64,000 bases of DNA, taken from positions 24,005-88,004 of the forward strand of contig JAUMAA010000002.1 in NCBI GenBank assembly GCA_032117075.1, in the 5' to 3' direction. The notes under the pieces are model-generated. The model saw nothing but the letters and a program-made list of their open reading frames with translations, was not told where the DNA came from and did no database searches. This DNA comes from Patescibacteria group bacterium (GTDB taxonomy: Bacteria > Patescibacteriota > WWE3 > UBA101185 > UBA10185). The translations under genes were made by a program, and so were the position numbers. Every line of letters begins with the position of its first letter. Within the stretch, counting starts at the first letter, position 1. This document shows positions 37,676-46,717 of this stretch, piece by piece.

Positions 37676-39316
37676 ATGCCAGCAAAACAAATTATTTATG
37701 GTGAAGATGCTAGAAGAAAATTAAAAACAGGGGTAGATAAATTAACAAAAGCAGTAGTTACAACATTAGGACCGAAGGGAAGAAATGTAGGAATAGATAA
37801 ATCTTGGGGAACTCCTCAAGTTATTCACGATGGGGTATCTATTGCAAAAGAAATAGAACTAGAAGATAAATTCGAAAACATGGGAGCACAGTTGGTTAAA
37901 GAAGCTGCTTCTAAAACTAATGATGTTGCAGGAGACGGAACAACAACCTCCACAATGCTTGCTCAGGCAATTATCGAGGAAGGAATGAAAGTCATCTCAA
38001 CAGGATCTAACCCAATGATTATCAGAAAAGGTTTAGAAAAATCAGTCGAGGCTGCCTCAGAAGAAATAAAAAAATTAGCCAAAATGGTTTCTTCAAAAGA
38101 GGAAAAAGCTCAAGTCGCAACAGTTTCTGCACAAAACACAGAAATTGGAAATCTAATTGCTGAAGCAATGGAAAAAGTTGGTAATGACGGTGTTATTACA
38201 GTAGAAGAATCAAGAGGTTTTGAAATGGAATTAAGTTATAAAGAAGGTATGCAATTCGACAAAGGGTACCTCTCTCCTTACTTCATTACAAATCCAGAAA
38301 GAATGGAAGTTATTTTAGAAAATCCATATATCCTAGTAACAGATTCTAAGATATCAAATATTCAAGAACTTCTCCCATTACTAGAGCAATCCATGAAGAT
38401 TACAAAAAACATCGTAATAGTTGCTGAGGATGTCGATGGCGATGCTCTAACAACATTAGTTGTAAACAAACTTAGAGGAACTATTTCTCCTGTAGCAATA
38501 AAAGCTCCTGGATTTGGAGATAGGAGAAAAGAAATGCTTGAGGATATTGCAGTTCTAACTGGAGCAACTGTTATCTCAACCGATACTGGAAAAAAACTTG
38601 AGACAGCCTCATTAGAGGATCTTGGAAGGGCTGAAAAAATTGTTGCATCTAAGGATGAAACAATAATTGTAGGAGGACATGGAAGTAAAGAAGAAGTTAA
38701 AGAAAGAGTTTCATTAATCAAAAAAATGTTCGAAACTTCGGACTCCCAATACGATAAAGAAAAATTACAAGAAAGAATTGCTAAACTCTCAGGGGGTGTT
38801 GCAGTAATATCAGTTGGAGCAAACACAGAGGCAGAACTTAAAGAAAAGAAACTAAGAGTTGAGGATGCTGTAAATGCCACTAAGGCTGCCGTAGAAGAAG
38901 GAATTGTTGCAGGGGGCGGAGTTACCTTACTAAGAATCAGAAAAGCAATTGAGAAACTAAAACTGGAAGGAGAAGAAAAAATAGGAGCTAATATTCTTAT
39001 GCAAGCATTAGAAAAACCTCTTAGAGTAATTGTAGAAAATGCAGGAGAAGATTCAGGAAAAATTCTTTCAAATATTGAGAGATTACACGATGAAAAAAAG
39101 AATCACAACATTGGCTACAATGTAATGAGAATGGATTATACAGATATGATAGAAGACGGTATACTAGATCCTGCAAAAGTTACTAGGAGTGCCTTACAAA
39201 ATGCAGTTTCAGTAGCAATAATGATTCTTACAACAGAGTGCCTAATTACTGATTTACCAAAACCGGATACTCAAACTTCAATGAATGAAGGTATGGGCGG
39301 TATGGGAATGATGTAA
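37676..39316 (+). CDS. groEL: Chaperonin GroEL
   Basis: [14 protein letters not shown]...GPKGRNV...DGTTT...C-terminal GGMGGMGMM. Confidence 0.97.
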   Translation: MPAKQIIYGEDARRKLKTGVDKLTKAVVTTLGPKGRNVGIDKSWGTPQVIHDGVSIAKEIELEDKFENMGAQLVKEAASKTNDVAGDGTTTSTMLAQAIIEEGMKVISTGSNPMIIRKGLEKSVEAASEEIKKLAKMVSSKEEKAQVATVSAQNTEIGNLIAEAMEKVGNDGVITVEESRGFEMELSYKEGMQFDKGYLSPYFITNPERMEVILENPYILVTDSKISNIQELLPLLEQSMKITKNIVIVAEDVDGDALTTLVVNKLRGTISPVAIKAPGFGDRRKEMLEDIAVLTGATVISTDTGKKLETASLEDLGRAEKIVASKDETIIVGGHGSKEEVKERVSLIKKMFETSDSQYDKEKLQERIAKLSGGVAVISVGANTEAELKEKKLRVEDAVNATKAAVEEGIVAGGGVTLLRIRKAIEKLKLEGEEKIGANILMQALEKPLRVIVENAGEDSGKILSNIERLHDEKKNHNIGYNVMRMDYTDMIEDGILDPAKVTRSALQNAVSVAIMILTTECLITDLPKPDTQTSMNEGMGGMGMM

Positions 39317-39338
39317 AGAATTATAATAACTAAATAAT

Positions 39339-39366
39339 ATGGCGGGGGCAGAATTGCCCCCGCCAT
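39339..39366. terminator. GC-rich hairpin terminator between convergent genes
   Basis: ATGGCGGGGGCA-gaat-TGCCCCCGCCAT, a 12-bp stem, followed by ATTCATTT. Confidence 0.7.
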
Positions 39367-39383
39367 TCATTTACCAAACACTT

Positions 39384-40235
39384 TTATGAAATTTTTTTCT
39401 TTTGAAAGGAATCAAGTATTTTGATAGAGTGATCTATTTTTAAAAAATGTATTTTTTCTTTTTCTAAAATCTCAAATCCTGAAAAATTTTTCATAAATTT
39501 CTTCTGCATATCCATAAAAAAATTATCAATCAAATCAAGAGCAGTAGTATGATCCTTTGCTAATTCCTGCTCAACTAAATCTTCAAATTCAAAATTAGGT
39601 AAAAATTCTTTTACCCACTTATTCGCTGCTAAAAATTTAAAATAATAATTATCTTTATTTACTAAAGGCTGTAGCATAGCAATCTCATGTGCAACATAGA
39701 TATTTCTTTTTTCTAACTTCCAACTCATTGATTTAGAGGAAATATAAAAATTAGGACAAATCTTGTATCTTACATTCTCGTCATTCACATAAGAATTTAA
39801 TAATTTAAAAATTAAGACTGTGATTAGTCTTGTAATCCAGACCCTTCCTTCATCGCAAATGATAAATAAATCTATATCATCAGATGAATCTTCATAATTG
39901 TAGGAAGCCAAACTTCCGCTAATACCTGCAAATTTTATAAATGGGATTTTACTTAAGTAATATTCAATAAAATTAATTTCCTTAATTAGCTCTTTAGATT
40001 TTTGATACCTTTTTTCAAAATTTTTAATTTTAGTTTGATTTAGGTAATACACTCCGTTTTTAAATTTTATTTTCTTTTTTTGGAGTAATTCTTTTATAGA
40101 TTCATGTAATAAATTTCTATCTTCAAACTTACCATGTCCGAAATGTATAATTTGATTAATAGTCATCGGTTGTGTAAAAACCTTCTTATAGTGCAAAGTA
40201 TTTAAAATATAATTTTGATAATCGTTATTGCTCAT
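39384..40235 (-). CDS. Pol-beta-superfamily nucleotidyltransferase domain protein with an N-terminal wHTH-like region
   Basis: Matches hG[GS]x9-13DhDh as AGISGSLASYNYEDSSDDIDLFIICDE. 283 aa. First gene of a translationally coupled 3-gene unit. Confidence 0.5.
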   Translation of the reverse strand: MSNNDYQNYILNTLHYKKVFTQPMTINQIIHFGHGKFEDRNLLHESIKELLQKKKIKFKNGVYYLNQTKIKNFEKRYQKSKELIKEINFIEYYLSKIPFIKFAGISGSLASYNYEDSSDDIDLFIICDEGRVWITRLITVLIFKLLNSYVNDENVRYKICPNFYISSKSMSWKLEKRNIYVAHEIAMLQPLVNKDNYYFKFLAANKWVKEFLPNFEFEDLVEQELAKDHTTALDLIDNFFMDMQKKFMKNFSGFEILEKEKIHFLKIDHSIKILDSFQKKKIS

Positions 40236-40647
40236 CCAAAACTTTATTAACTAAAAAATCGGCTCTTTTATTTTTTTCCCTTCTCACATGTTCTATTTTA
40301 AAATTAGCAATCTTTTTAATCAACTCTTTACATTCAAGATAAAGTATTTTTAAATCCTCATCTTTTACTTTGTATTCTCCTTTTATCTGTTTTACCATTA
40401 ACTCTGAATCAGAATAAAGAGTGTAATTAGTAATTGTTAAATCTATATTACTTTCTTGAATTTTACTTACAATATATTTAAGTGCAGTAAGCAAAGCAGT
40501 ATACTCAGCTTTATTATTTGTAGAAATACCTAAGAATCCAGAACTAGAATATATCTCAATATTAGAATCGAAAATTACAAAAGCATAAGCTGAAATTCCT
40601 GGGTTTCCCCTCGAACCTCCGTCTGTGTAAACACTATACTGAACCAT
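40225..40647 (-). CDS. rnhA: Ribonuclease HI
   Basis: VYTDGGSRGNPG...AEYTAL...YSDSELMVKQI...RREKNKRADFL are the conserved RNase H motifs (DEDD). Confidence 0.85.
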   Translation of the reverse strand: MVQYSVYTDGGSRGNPGISAYAFVIFDSNIEIYSSSGFLGISTNNKAEYTALLTALKYIVSKIQESNIDLTITNYTLYSDSELMVKQIKGEYKVKDEDLKILYLECKELIKKIANFKIEHVRREKNKRADFLVNKVLDEQ

Positions 40648-41260
40648 TTTTAGTTTCCTTTACATAATTAAATAAAAATAAAATTGACAAACAAAAGAAA
40701 AAAGAAACAAAAAAATAAATAAAAGGAGATACAGAATTTTCAAAAGAGTTTGTAACCGTATCTAATCTTTCTAATTTAAAAACCTTTTGAGAGTTATACT
40801 TTTCAGCATAAAAAAGAATTTCCTTCTCATAAGTTAAAAACATTTTTTCTGAATTTTCTTTAGTATTAGACTTAACACTTAAAACCAAAACTCTAGGGAC
40901 TATCTCTTTAAAATTAGTGCTTAAATTTAAAATAAATAAATCTTGAAAAGTAATATTCTTTCCCAATTCTTCTGAAATTTTTTTCTTAAATTCAGGAGTT
41001 TCGATTAGACCAACTATGGTCTTCGAATAGCTTTGAGAAATTTGATCCAAGTAGTAACCGTCATAATCATAAACATTAGCACCTCCTTTAGAATTACTTT
41101 CAAAGTTAGGAATTAAAATAAATGTTCCTTCAGTGATGAAAGATTTGGGTAAAACAAATGAAAAAGATAAAAAAATAATACCTGCTAAGAAGGAGATTAT
41201 TAAATTTCTTTTCCAATTTTTAATAAGCAGTTTTTTAAACTCAGCGGTATTCATTGGCAC
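40634..41260 (-). CDS. Hypothetical N-terminally anchored membrane protein
   Basis: 208 aa with a TM helix near the N-terminus and another at the extreme C-terminus. Overlaps rnhA by 14 nt. Confidence 0.4.
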   Translation of the reverse strand: MPMNTAEFKKLLIKNWKRNLIISFLAGIIFLSFSFVLPKSFITEGTFILIPNFESNSKGGANVYDYDGYYLDQISQSYSKTIVGLIETPEFKKKISEELGKNITFQDLFILNLSTNFKEIVPRVLVLSVKSNTKENSEKMFLTYEKEILFYAEKYNSQKVFKLERLDTVTNSFENSVSPFIYFFVSFFFCLSILFLFNYVKETKNGSV

Positions 41261-41338
41261 TATTATATAGTATTTAAAATAAATTTAGGATTTCCCAACT
41301 TTAATAAATTACATTTTTCGTTTAAAATAAATTAAACT

Positions 41339-44299
41339 ATGCCTGTCCCAATTAAAAATAAAATCGAAGTCAAAAAAACATCTCTAGCCCCTATCTCAGT
41401 TATCTTTTTTGGAGGTAACTATTTAGGTTCCAAATTAGCTGAAAAATTACTAGAGAAAGATAGTAGAGTAGTCATCGTAGATAAATTTGACTCTGATAAA
41501 GAATTTCATTTTATCAGTCTAAGAGATAACCCAAAACTCTTAATGGTAAATGCTGATCTCGAAAAGGGAATCCCTCAGGAATTAAATACTGTGGATTATG
41601 TTTATTTTTTAAACTACTTTGATTACTTTAATAAAGATACCAAAGTAAAAATAATCGAAACAGCTCAATACACAAAAAACATCATTAATTTCTGTGTTAA
41701 GGCAGGGGCCAAATTTACTTTTGTCTCCAATATAGAGGTAAAAAATGAAAATCTAAGGAGATTATTTGATAATCAAAAGTTAATTCAAGAGATAATAAGA
41801 GAGTCAGAAGAGGCAAAAACACTTAATTTTAGGGAAATCTCATTACCTATAATTTACGGACCCAGAATGATTCTGGAAAAATCAGGTAGCTTGATTAAAA
41901 TTCTAGATGAATATATTAATGGAACAACTATTGTTTTAGATGACGATAACAAAAACAAAGACTATTATGTCTATGTAGATGATGCAGTAAATGCAATTAT
42001 TAAAGCAACATTCTCAGAAAACTCAAAAGATAAAGTTATTACTATTACTGAGAAAGAAGGAATCTCAGAAATGGAAATAGGATCTATCATTAAATCCTTA
42101 GCTACAAGACATTTAAATTTGGACTATGTTGAAAATAAGAACAAACTTAAGTGGGTTATTCCTAGTGAAAGAAATCTACACCTAATAGGTTATGCACCAA
42201 AAGAAACATTAAGAGCAGGAATAATAAAAACACTTTCATACTATGGATTAGAAACTAACACTTTTAGTTTCAAACCAGATAAATTGATTGAGGAAACAAA
42301 AGAGATAGCCTTACAAAATTTAAAAAAGAAACAGGTATCTGAGGATAAAATAGAAGAAATTAATAGTCATTCCAACGGATATACTAATATCTCATATCAA
42401 AAATATAAAAGATCAGCAGTAAAATCAAAAAAATCGGGAAGAAAAGGCGACTTTTGGTATATTTTACTAACGATTGCTTTAACCTTCTTACTTGTCTTTG
42501 TAATTTTTCCAATAGGAACTATTTATTACAATTACTCCAATGCAAAAAACAATATTTATGAATTGGAAAAAAAGTTAAGTGAGGGGGATTTGGTAAGTGT
42601 AAGAGAAATTTCTGATAAAACTTCAAAAGACATTGATAGTGCACTCAACAATTTTAGAAAATTTAAATCCCTCTTTTTGGCAGTTAGAAGTGAAGAAAAG
42701 TACAGAAATTACGAGGATCTACTCCTTTCTATCAAATCATTTAATCAAGGAATTAATAGTTTTACTTTCGGGGTTAGTCCTTATCTCGAGCTTTCAAAAT
42801 CTATTAAAGAAGGTAAGGAACTAAATCCATCCATTTTTAAAGATTCAGCAGAAAATCTTGCCGTCAGCTATGAATTTTTCGATGCTGCAAATAAAACTCT
42901 TATAAATAAACTTACTGATGTAGATTTTGGTAGTGAGGAAATTAATAGATACAAAAAAACTTTACCAAAAGTTGTAAAACTGAATGAAGTTCTCTTAGCA
43001 GTATCTAAGGATGCAGAAAGTATTTTTGGATTTAATGAACCAACAAAAATACTAGTATTGTTTCAAAACCAGGCCGAAATAAGACCAACTGGAGGATTTA
43101 TAGGTTCATATGGGGTAATCGAAATTTCTAAAGGAAAGATTCTTTCAATTAAAATTGACGATATCTACAACCCAGACGGACAGATTGATGTTAAAAAAAT
43201 AAATGTAGCTGCTCCTGAAAATATTAGAAAAGCATTAAATGAAAATAAATTGTACATTAGAAATGCAAATTTTATCTCGGACTTCCCAACTTCCGCAGAC
43301 AATGTTTCAAGTCTATTTCTCCAAGCAACAGGTGAAAAATTCGATACAGTAATAGCAATTGATTCAACATTTATTCAAAGTTATCTAAATAAGTTTGGGG
43401 GAATCTACTTAAATGCCTATGAAGAAGAAATAAATGAAGGTAACTTCATAGAGAGAGCTCAATTTCATAGTGAATTTAACTATAAAGAAGGGGTATCTGA
43501 GAAAAAATCATTTTTAACAAACCTAGGTTCTAAGATTTTAGAAAAATTTTTCGAGTTCAACTCCTCTGATATGGTTAGATTTAGTGACTCTGTGTATAAC
43601 TTATTAGAAACCAAAAATATACAAGTGGCTACTAAGTATCCAAATATTTCTAAATCACTAAAGAATCTAAATTGGGACGGATCTCTTGTACAAACTAAAG
43701 GTGATTATTTAAGAATCATTAATTCAAACCTAGGAGGAAATAAAGTTAATTATCTAACTAAAAATAGATACAAGTATGAGGTTCTTTCAATGACAAGAGA
43801 CGGACTGTTAAGGGGAAGGGTAACCGCTAATTATACAAATGATTCTAAAACAAAAGCTTGGCCTTACGGCAGCTTCATTAATTACTTTAAAGTAATAACC
43901 CAAAAAGGTACCAAACTGACTGGGGCTAAAGTTTTAATTGATGGAAAAGAAGAAAATATTTTTGGCAGCATCAAAGTCTCAGGTGAAGGTAATTACCAAA
44001 CATTTGAAGGTAATTTAGAGATAGAGCCGCAAAAAACTGCTGTTCTAATAGTAGAGTATGATCTCCCAGAAAATCTTTCCATTGTTAAGAATACAAATAC
44101 CAAATATTCTTTATACTGGCAGAAACAATCAGGGGAAAATAATGAGATAGAATTTGTCTTTAATCCACCATATGGCTATTATTTTGGGGATATAACCTCA
44201 AATACTTCCTACTCAAAAACCGCAGAAAGTACTAGTTTTATAACTAAGCAGGAAACAGACTATCAAATAAACATCGATTTGGTCAATCTTGCAAGGTAA
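41339..44299 (+). CDS. Fusion protein: NAD(P)-binding epimerase/dehydratase-like Rossmann domain, a single TM helix, then a large extracytoplasmic domain of about 570 aa
   Basis: N-terminus VIFFGGNYLGSKLAEKLLEKDSRVVIVDK (GxxGxxG-like) plus an SDR/epimerase-like core of about 330 aa. TM at FWYILLTIALTFLLVFVIFPIG. Long hydrophilic C-terminal region. Confidence 0.5.
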   Translation: MPVPIKNKIEVKKTSLAPISVIFFGGNYLGSKLAEKLLEKDSRVVIVDKFDSDKEFHFISLRDNPKLLMVNADLEKGIPQELNTVDYVYFLNYFDYFNKDTKVKIIETAQYTKNIINFCVKAGAKFTFVSNIEVKNENLRRLFDNQKLIQEIIRESEEAKTLNFREISLPIIYGPRMILEKSGSLIKILDEYINGTTIVLDDDNKNKDYYVYVDDAVNAIIKATFSENSKDKVITITEKEGISEMEIGSIIKSLATRHLNLDYVENKNKLKWVIPSERNLHLIGYAPKETLRAGIIKTLSYYGLETNTFSFKPDKLIEETKEIALQNLKKKQVSEDKIEEINSHSNGYTNISYQKYKRSAVKSKKSGRKGDFWYILLTIALTFLLVFVIFPIGTIYYNYSNAKNNIYELEKKLSEGDLVSVREISDKTSKDIDSALNNFRKFKSLFLAVRSEEKYRNYEDLLLSIKSFNQGINSFTFGVSPYLELSKSIKEGKELNPSIFKDSAENLAVSYEFFDAANKTLINKLTDVDFGSEEINRYKKTLPKVVKLNEVLLAVSKDAESIFGFNEPTKILVLFQNQAEIRPTGGFIGSYGVIEISKGKILSIKIDDIYNPDGQIDVKKINVAAPENIRKALNENKLYIRNANFISDFPTSADNVSSLFLQATGEKFDTVIAIDSTFIQSYLNKFGGIYLNAYEEEINEGNFIERAQFHSEFNYKEGVSEKKSFLTNLGSKILEKFFEFNSSDMVRFSDSVYNLLETKNIQVATKYPNISKSLKNLNWDGSLVQTKGDYLRIINSNLGGNKVNYLTKNRYKYEVLSMTRDGLLRGRVTANYTNDSKTKAWPYGSFINYFKVITQKGTKLTGAKVLIDGKEENIFGSIKVSGEGNYQTFEGNLEIEPQKTAVLIVEYDLPENLSIVKNTNTKYSLYWQKQSGENNEIEFVFNPPYGYYFGDITSNTSYSKTAESTSFITKQETDYQINIDLVNLAR

Positions 44300-44356
44300 C
44301 TTGACCCTTTCTTTATTGACTTATATGGGTTTAGCGATTAAAATTATGTTTATCTT

Positions 44357-45019
44357 ATGGAGTTAAAAGCAACAATCAGACAAATAAAAGGTAGCCAAGT
44401 TAAAAATCTTAGAGAAGATTTTAAAGTTCCTGCTGTTGTATACGGTTTAGGAAACCCTAGTGTTTCTCTAGAAATTGGATATAACGAATTTGTTAAAGTT
44501 CTTAGAGCTTCAGGACTAACATCATTAATAGAACTAAACATAGACGGGAATACTAAAAAAGTTCTTGTTAAAGAGGTCCAAAAGAACCCTGTTTCAGGAA
44601 AAGTTATCCATGTTTCATTTATAGAAGTTAATCTTAAAGTTAAAATTAAAGCGTATATCCCTGTAGTTGTAACTGGGGAGGAAGACTCTTCAGTTCTTAA
44701 ATCAGGTGAGGGAGTTTTAAATGTAATCAAACAAGAAATCCATGTAGAAGCACTTCCTACAGATTTCCCTCACGAATTTACAGTTGATGTCTCAGGTTTA
44801 GAAAATATTGGAGATGAAATTAAAATCTCTCAAATTGCTTTTGACAGAGAAAAAGTTTCCCTTGTTGACGACTCAGAAGACGACTTAGTCCTAAACATTG
44901 ATAGACCACAAGAAGAAGTAGCAGAAGAAACAACAGTTTCTGAAGAAGAAATGATTGCTAACCTAGAAGCTTCAAAAGAGAAGAAAGAAGATGAAGAATC
45001 TTCTGACGATGAAAAATAA
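44357..45019 (+). CDS. rplY: 50S ribosomal protein L25/general stress protein Ctc with an acidic C-terminal tail
   Basis: LKATIRQIKGSQVKNLREDFKVPAVVYG...VIHVSFIEVNL...is the L25/Ctc fold, followed by a Glu/Asp-rich tail. Confidence 0.85.
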   Translation: MELKATIRQIKGSQVKNLREDFKVPAVVYGLGNPSVSLEIGYNEFVKVLRASGLTSLIELNIDGNTKKVLVKEVQKNPVSGKVIHVSFIEVNLKVKIKAYIPVVVTGEEDSSVLKSGEGVLNVIKQEIHVEALPTDFPHEFTVDVSGLENIGDEIKISQIAFDREKVSLVDDSEDDLVLNIDRPQEEVAEETTVSEEEMIANLEASKEKKEDEESSDDEK

Positions 45020-45061
45020 TCTCAACTTTAAAATACTCACAAAATATAGTTAAATAGATTC

Positions 45062-46717
45062 ATGGTTGAAAATTTAAGCTCAAAACCAATTTCACAATTA
45101 CCAGAAGAACAAGAATCCACACAAAAATTATTCAACACCGAACAAACTGAAACACTTAATAAATCATTAAACCAAAGAGTACAGGAAGCTTTGGAGAAAA
45201 TTAAATCCAGACTCAAAGCATACCTGGAGAAGGATATAGTTAAACAAAAATTTATAGAGGGTAACTACGAAGAAATTTACAAAATGATTGAAGTATATCC
45301 AGAGGATATTCAAGAAAAAATCAAGGAAAGAGTTAATCAAGAATTAATTAAAAATCCAGATGTTGTAATAAGTAGATTTCCAAATAAAGCACTAACTGAA
45401 AGAGATATTTTTCTATATTCAACGAATGAAAATGGGGAGAGAAAACTTGAAACACAAAGAGTGACTTTAATTCTAGAAAAGTTAATTAACGAAAAAGATA
45501 TCAGAACATTAATTAAAAATTTGGATATTTTTCTTGAGTTGAGAGCAAAAGATAATCTAATAAAACTAATTCTTAGTGCTGATGAAAAAATTATACAAGA
45601 GGTGATAGTTAATGCTTCCCCTGAGATAAGAAAATTATATGAGGATAATTTTGAAAAAAAATATTTAAAAAAGGAATACATAGAAAAAGCAATTACTGGA
45701 GCTAGAGAAAAAGGTGAAAAAGCAGATTCAGAAGAGGAAAGAGACAAATATAAGAAAATAATTGAAGGCCTTGAGTACCTAAAAGATTATGAAAAGAATG
45801 TCAGGGAACACTGCAAAAAAATGAATGAGCAATATGGAATTTTTGATGAAGATACTGTTAACTACATGCTTGAATTAATACAGAAGTACCTTTCTCAAGG
45901 AAGTGTTACTTCAAAACTAGAAAAAATAGCTGGAGAACAAAATTTAAGTGTAGTAGAAATTCTTGGTTTTCTCCAAACACAAACAAACGAAGTAATAGAA
46001 GGGTACAGGCTATATTCAGTCAGACATTCAGATGAGATAAAGCATATTATAACCGGTAGAGGGGATCATGATAAAAATAGGCCAAATTTTAGAAGATTTA
46101 TTTCTAACAGCGAAAGAGGTGAATTGAATCTTAACTTTATTGGAGGAGGCAGTACAAAATACATTTATGAAACAGGACACTTTGGAGAAAAGTATGCCAA
46201 AAAGAAACACGGATCAAGAAATGTAACTTACGGTTTCTTAAACCCGGAAGAACAAATTAATGAAAATTTTGGCAAATTAACATATAGATCCGGAACAAGA
46301 AATTATAGAGTGGAACTAAAAGACGAGGTAAAAGATAGAGCAACCTTTACTTTAAACCAAGTTAGTAGCTATGAATTAAGTAATTTAATTGAGGGAACTA
46401 TAACCTCTTGGGTGAGATTACCTCACATTTCCACAGTACTTCGTTTCTACTTAGAAAACAATGGGAATTTACCTATTGATAGAAGTCTACAAAAATATTT
46501 GGTGGAAAAATACAAAGGAATTGATATTAATGGAGGAATAGAGGTTCAATACCATGGAGAAACTGGATCCGTTGATCAAATACAAACAATTATGTATCAC
46601 CATCAAATACCTGAGGAGAAAGCACAATTAGAAGAGTGGTTAGAGGAATGTGATTTACCAAACGATATTAAAGTAATCTCAGATTATGAAATACACCATT
46701 CGAGAAAAAGAAATTAG
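45062..46717 (+). CDS. Paralogue B of the 35147..36982 family. Unknown function, conserved C-terminal domain.
   Basis: 551 aa, no signal peptide. Alignable along its full length with paralogue A (see that entry). No coupled small ORF downstream; the convergent valS follows directly. Confidence 0.6.
   Translation: MVENLSSKPISQLPEEQESTQKLFNTEQTETLNKSLNQRVQEALEKIKSRLKAYLEKDIVKQKFIEGNYEEIYKMIEVYPEDIQEKIKERVNQELIKNPDVVISRFPNKALTERDIFLYSTNENGERKLETQRVTLILEKLINEKDIRTLIKNLDIFLELRAKDNLIKLILSADEKIIQEVIVNASPEIRKLYEDNFEKKYLKKEYIEKAITGAREKGEKADSEEERDKYKKIIEGLEYLKDYEKNVREHCKKMNEQYGIFDEDTVNYMLELIQKYLSQGSVTSKLEKIAGEQNLSVVEILGFLQTQTNEVIEGYRLYSVRHSDEIKHIITGRGDHDKNRPNFRRFISNSERGELNLNFIGGGSTKYIYETGHFGEKYAKKKHGSRNVTYGFLNPEEQINENFGKLTYRSGTRNYRVELKDEVKDRATFTLNQVSSYELSNLIEGTITSWVRLPHISTVLRFYLENNGNLPIDRSLQKYLVEKYKGIDINGGIEVQYHGETGSVDQIQTIMYHHQIPEEKAQLEEWLEECDLPNDIKVISDYEIHHSRKRN

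Noticed and set aside
38362-38880. 172-aa Ala/Ser-rich ORF antisense within groEL
   Set aside because: A classic antisense shadow of a highly expressed gene.
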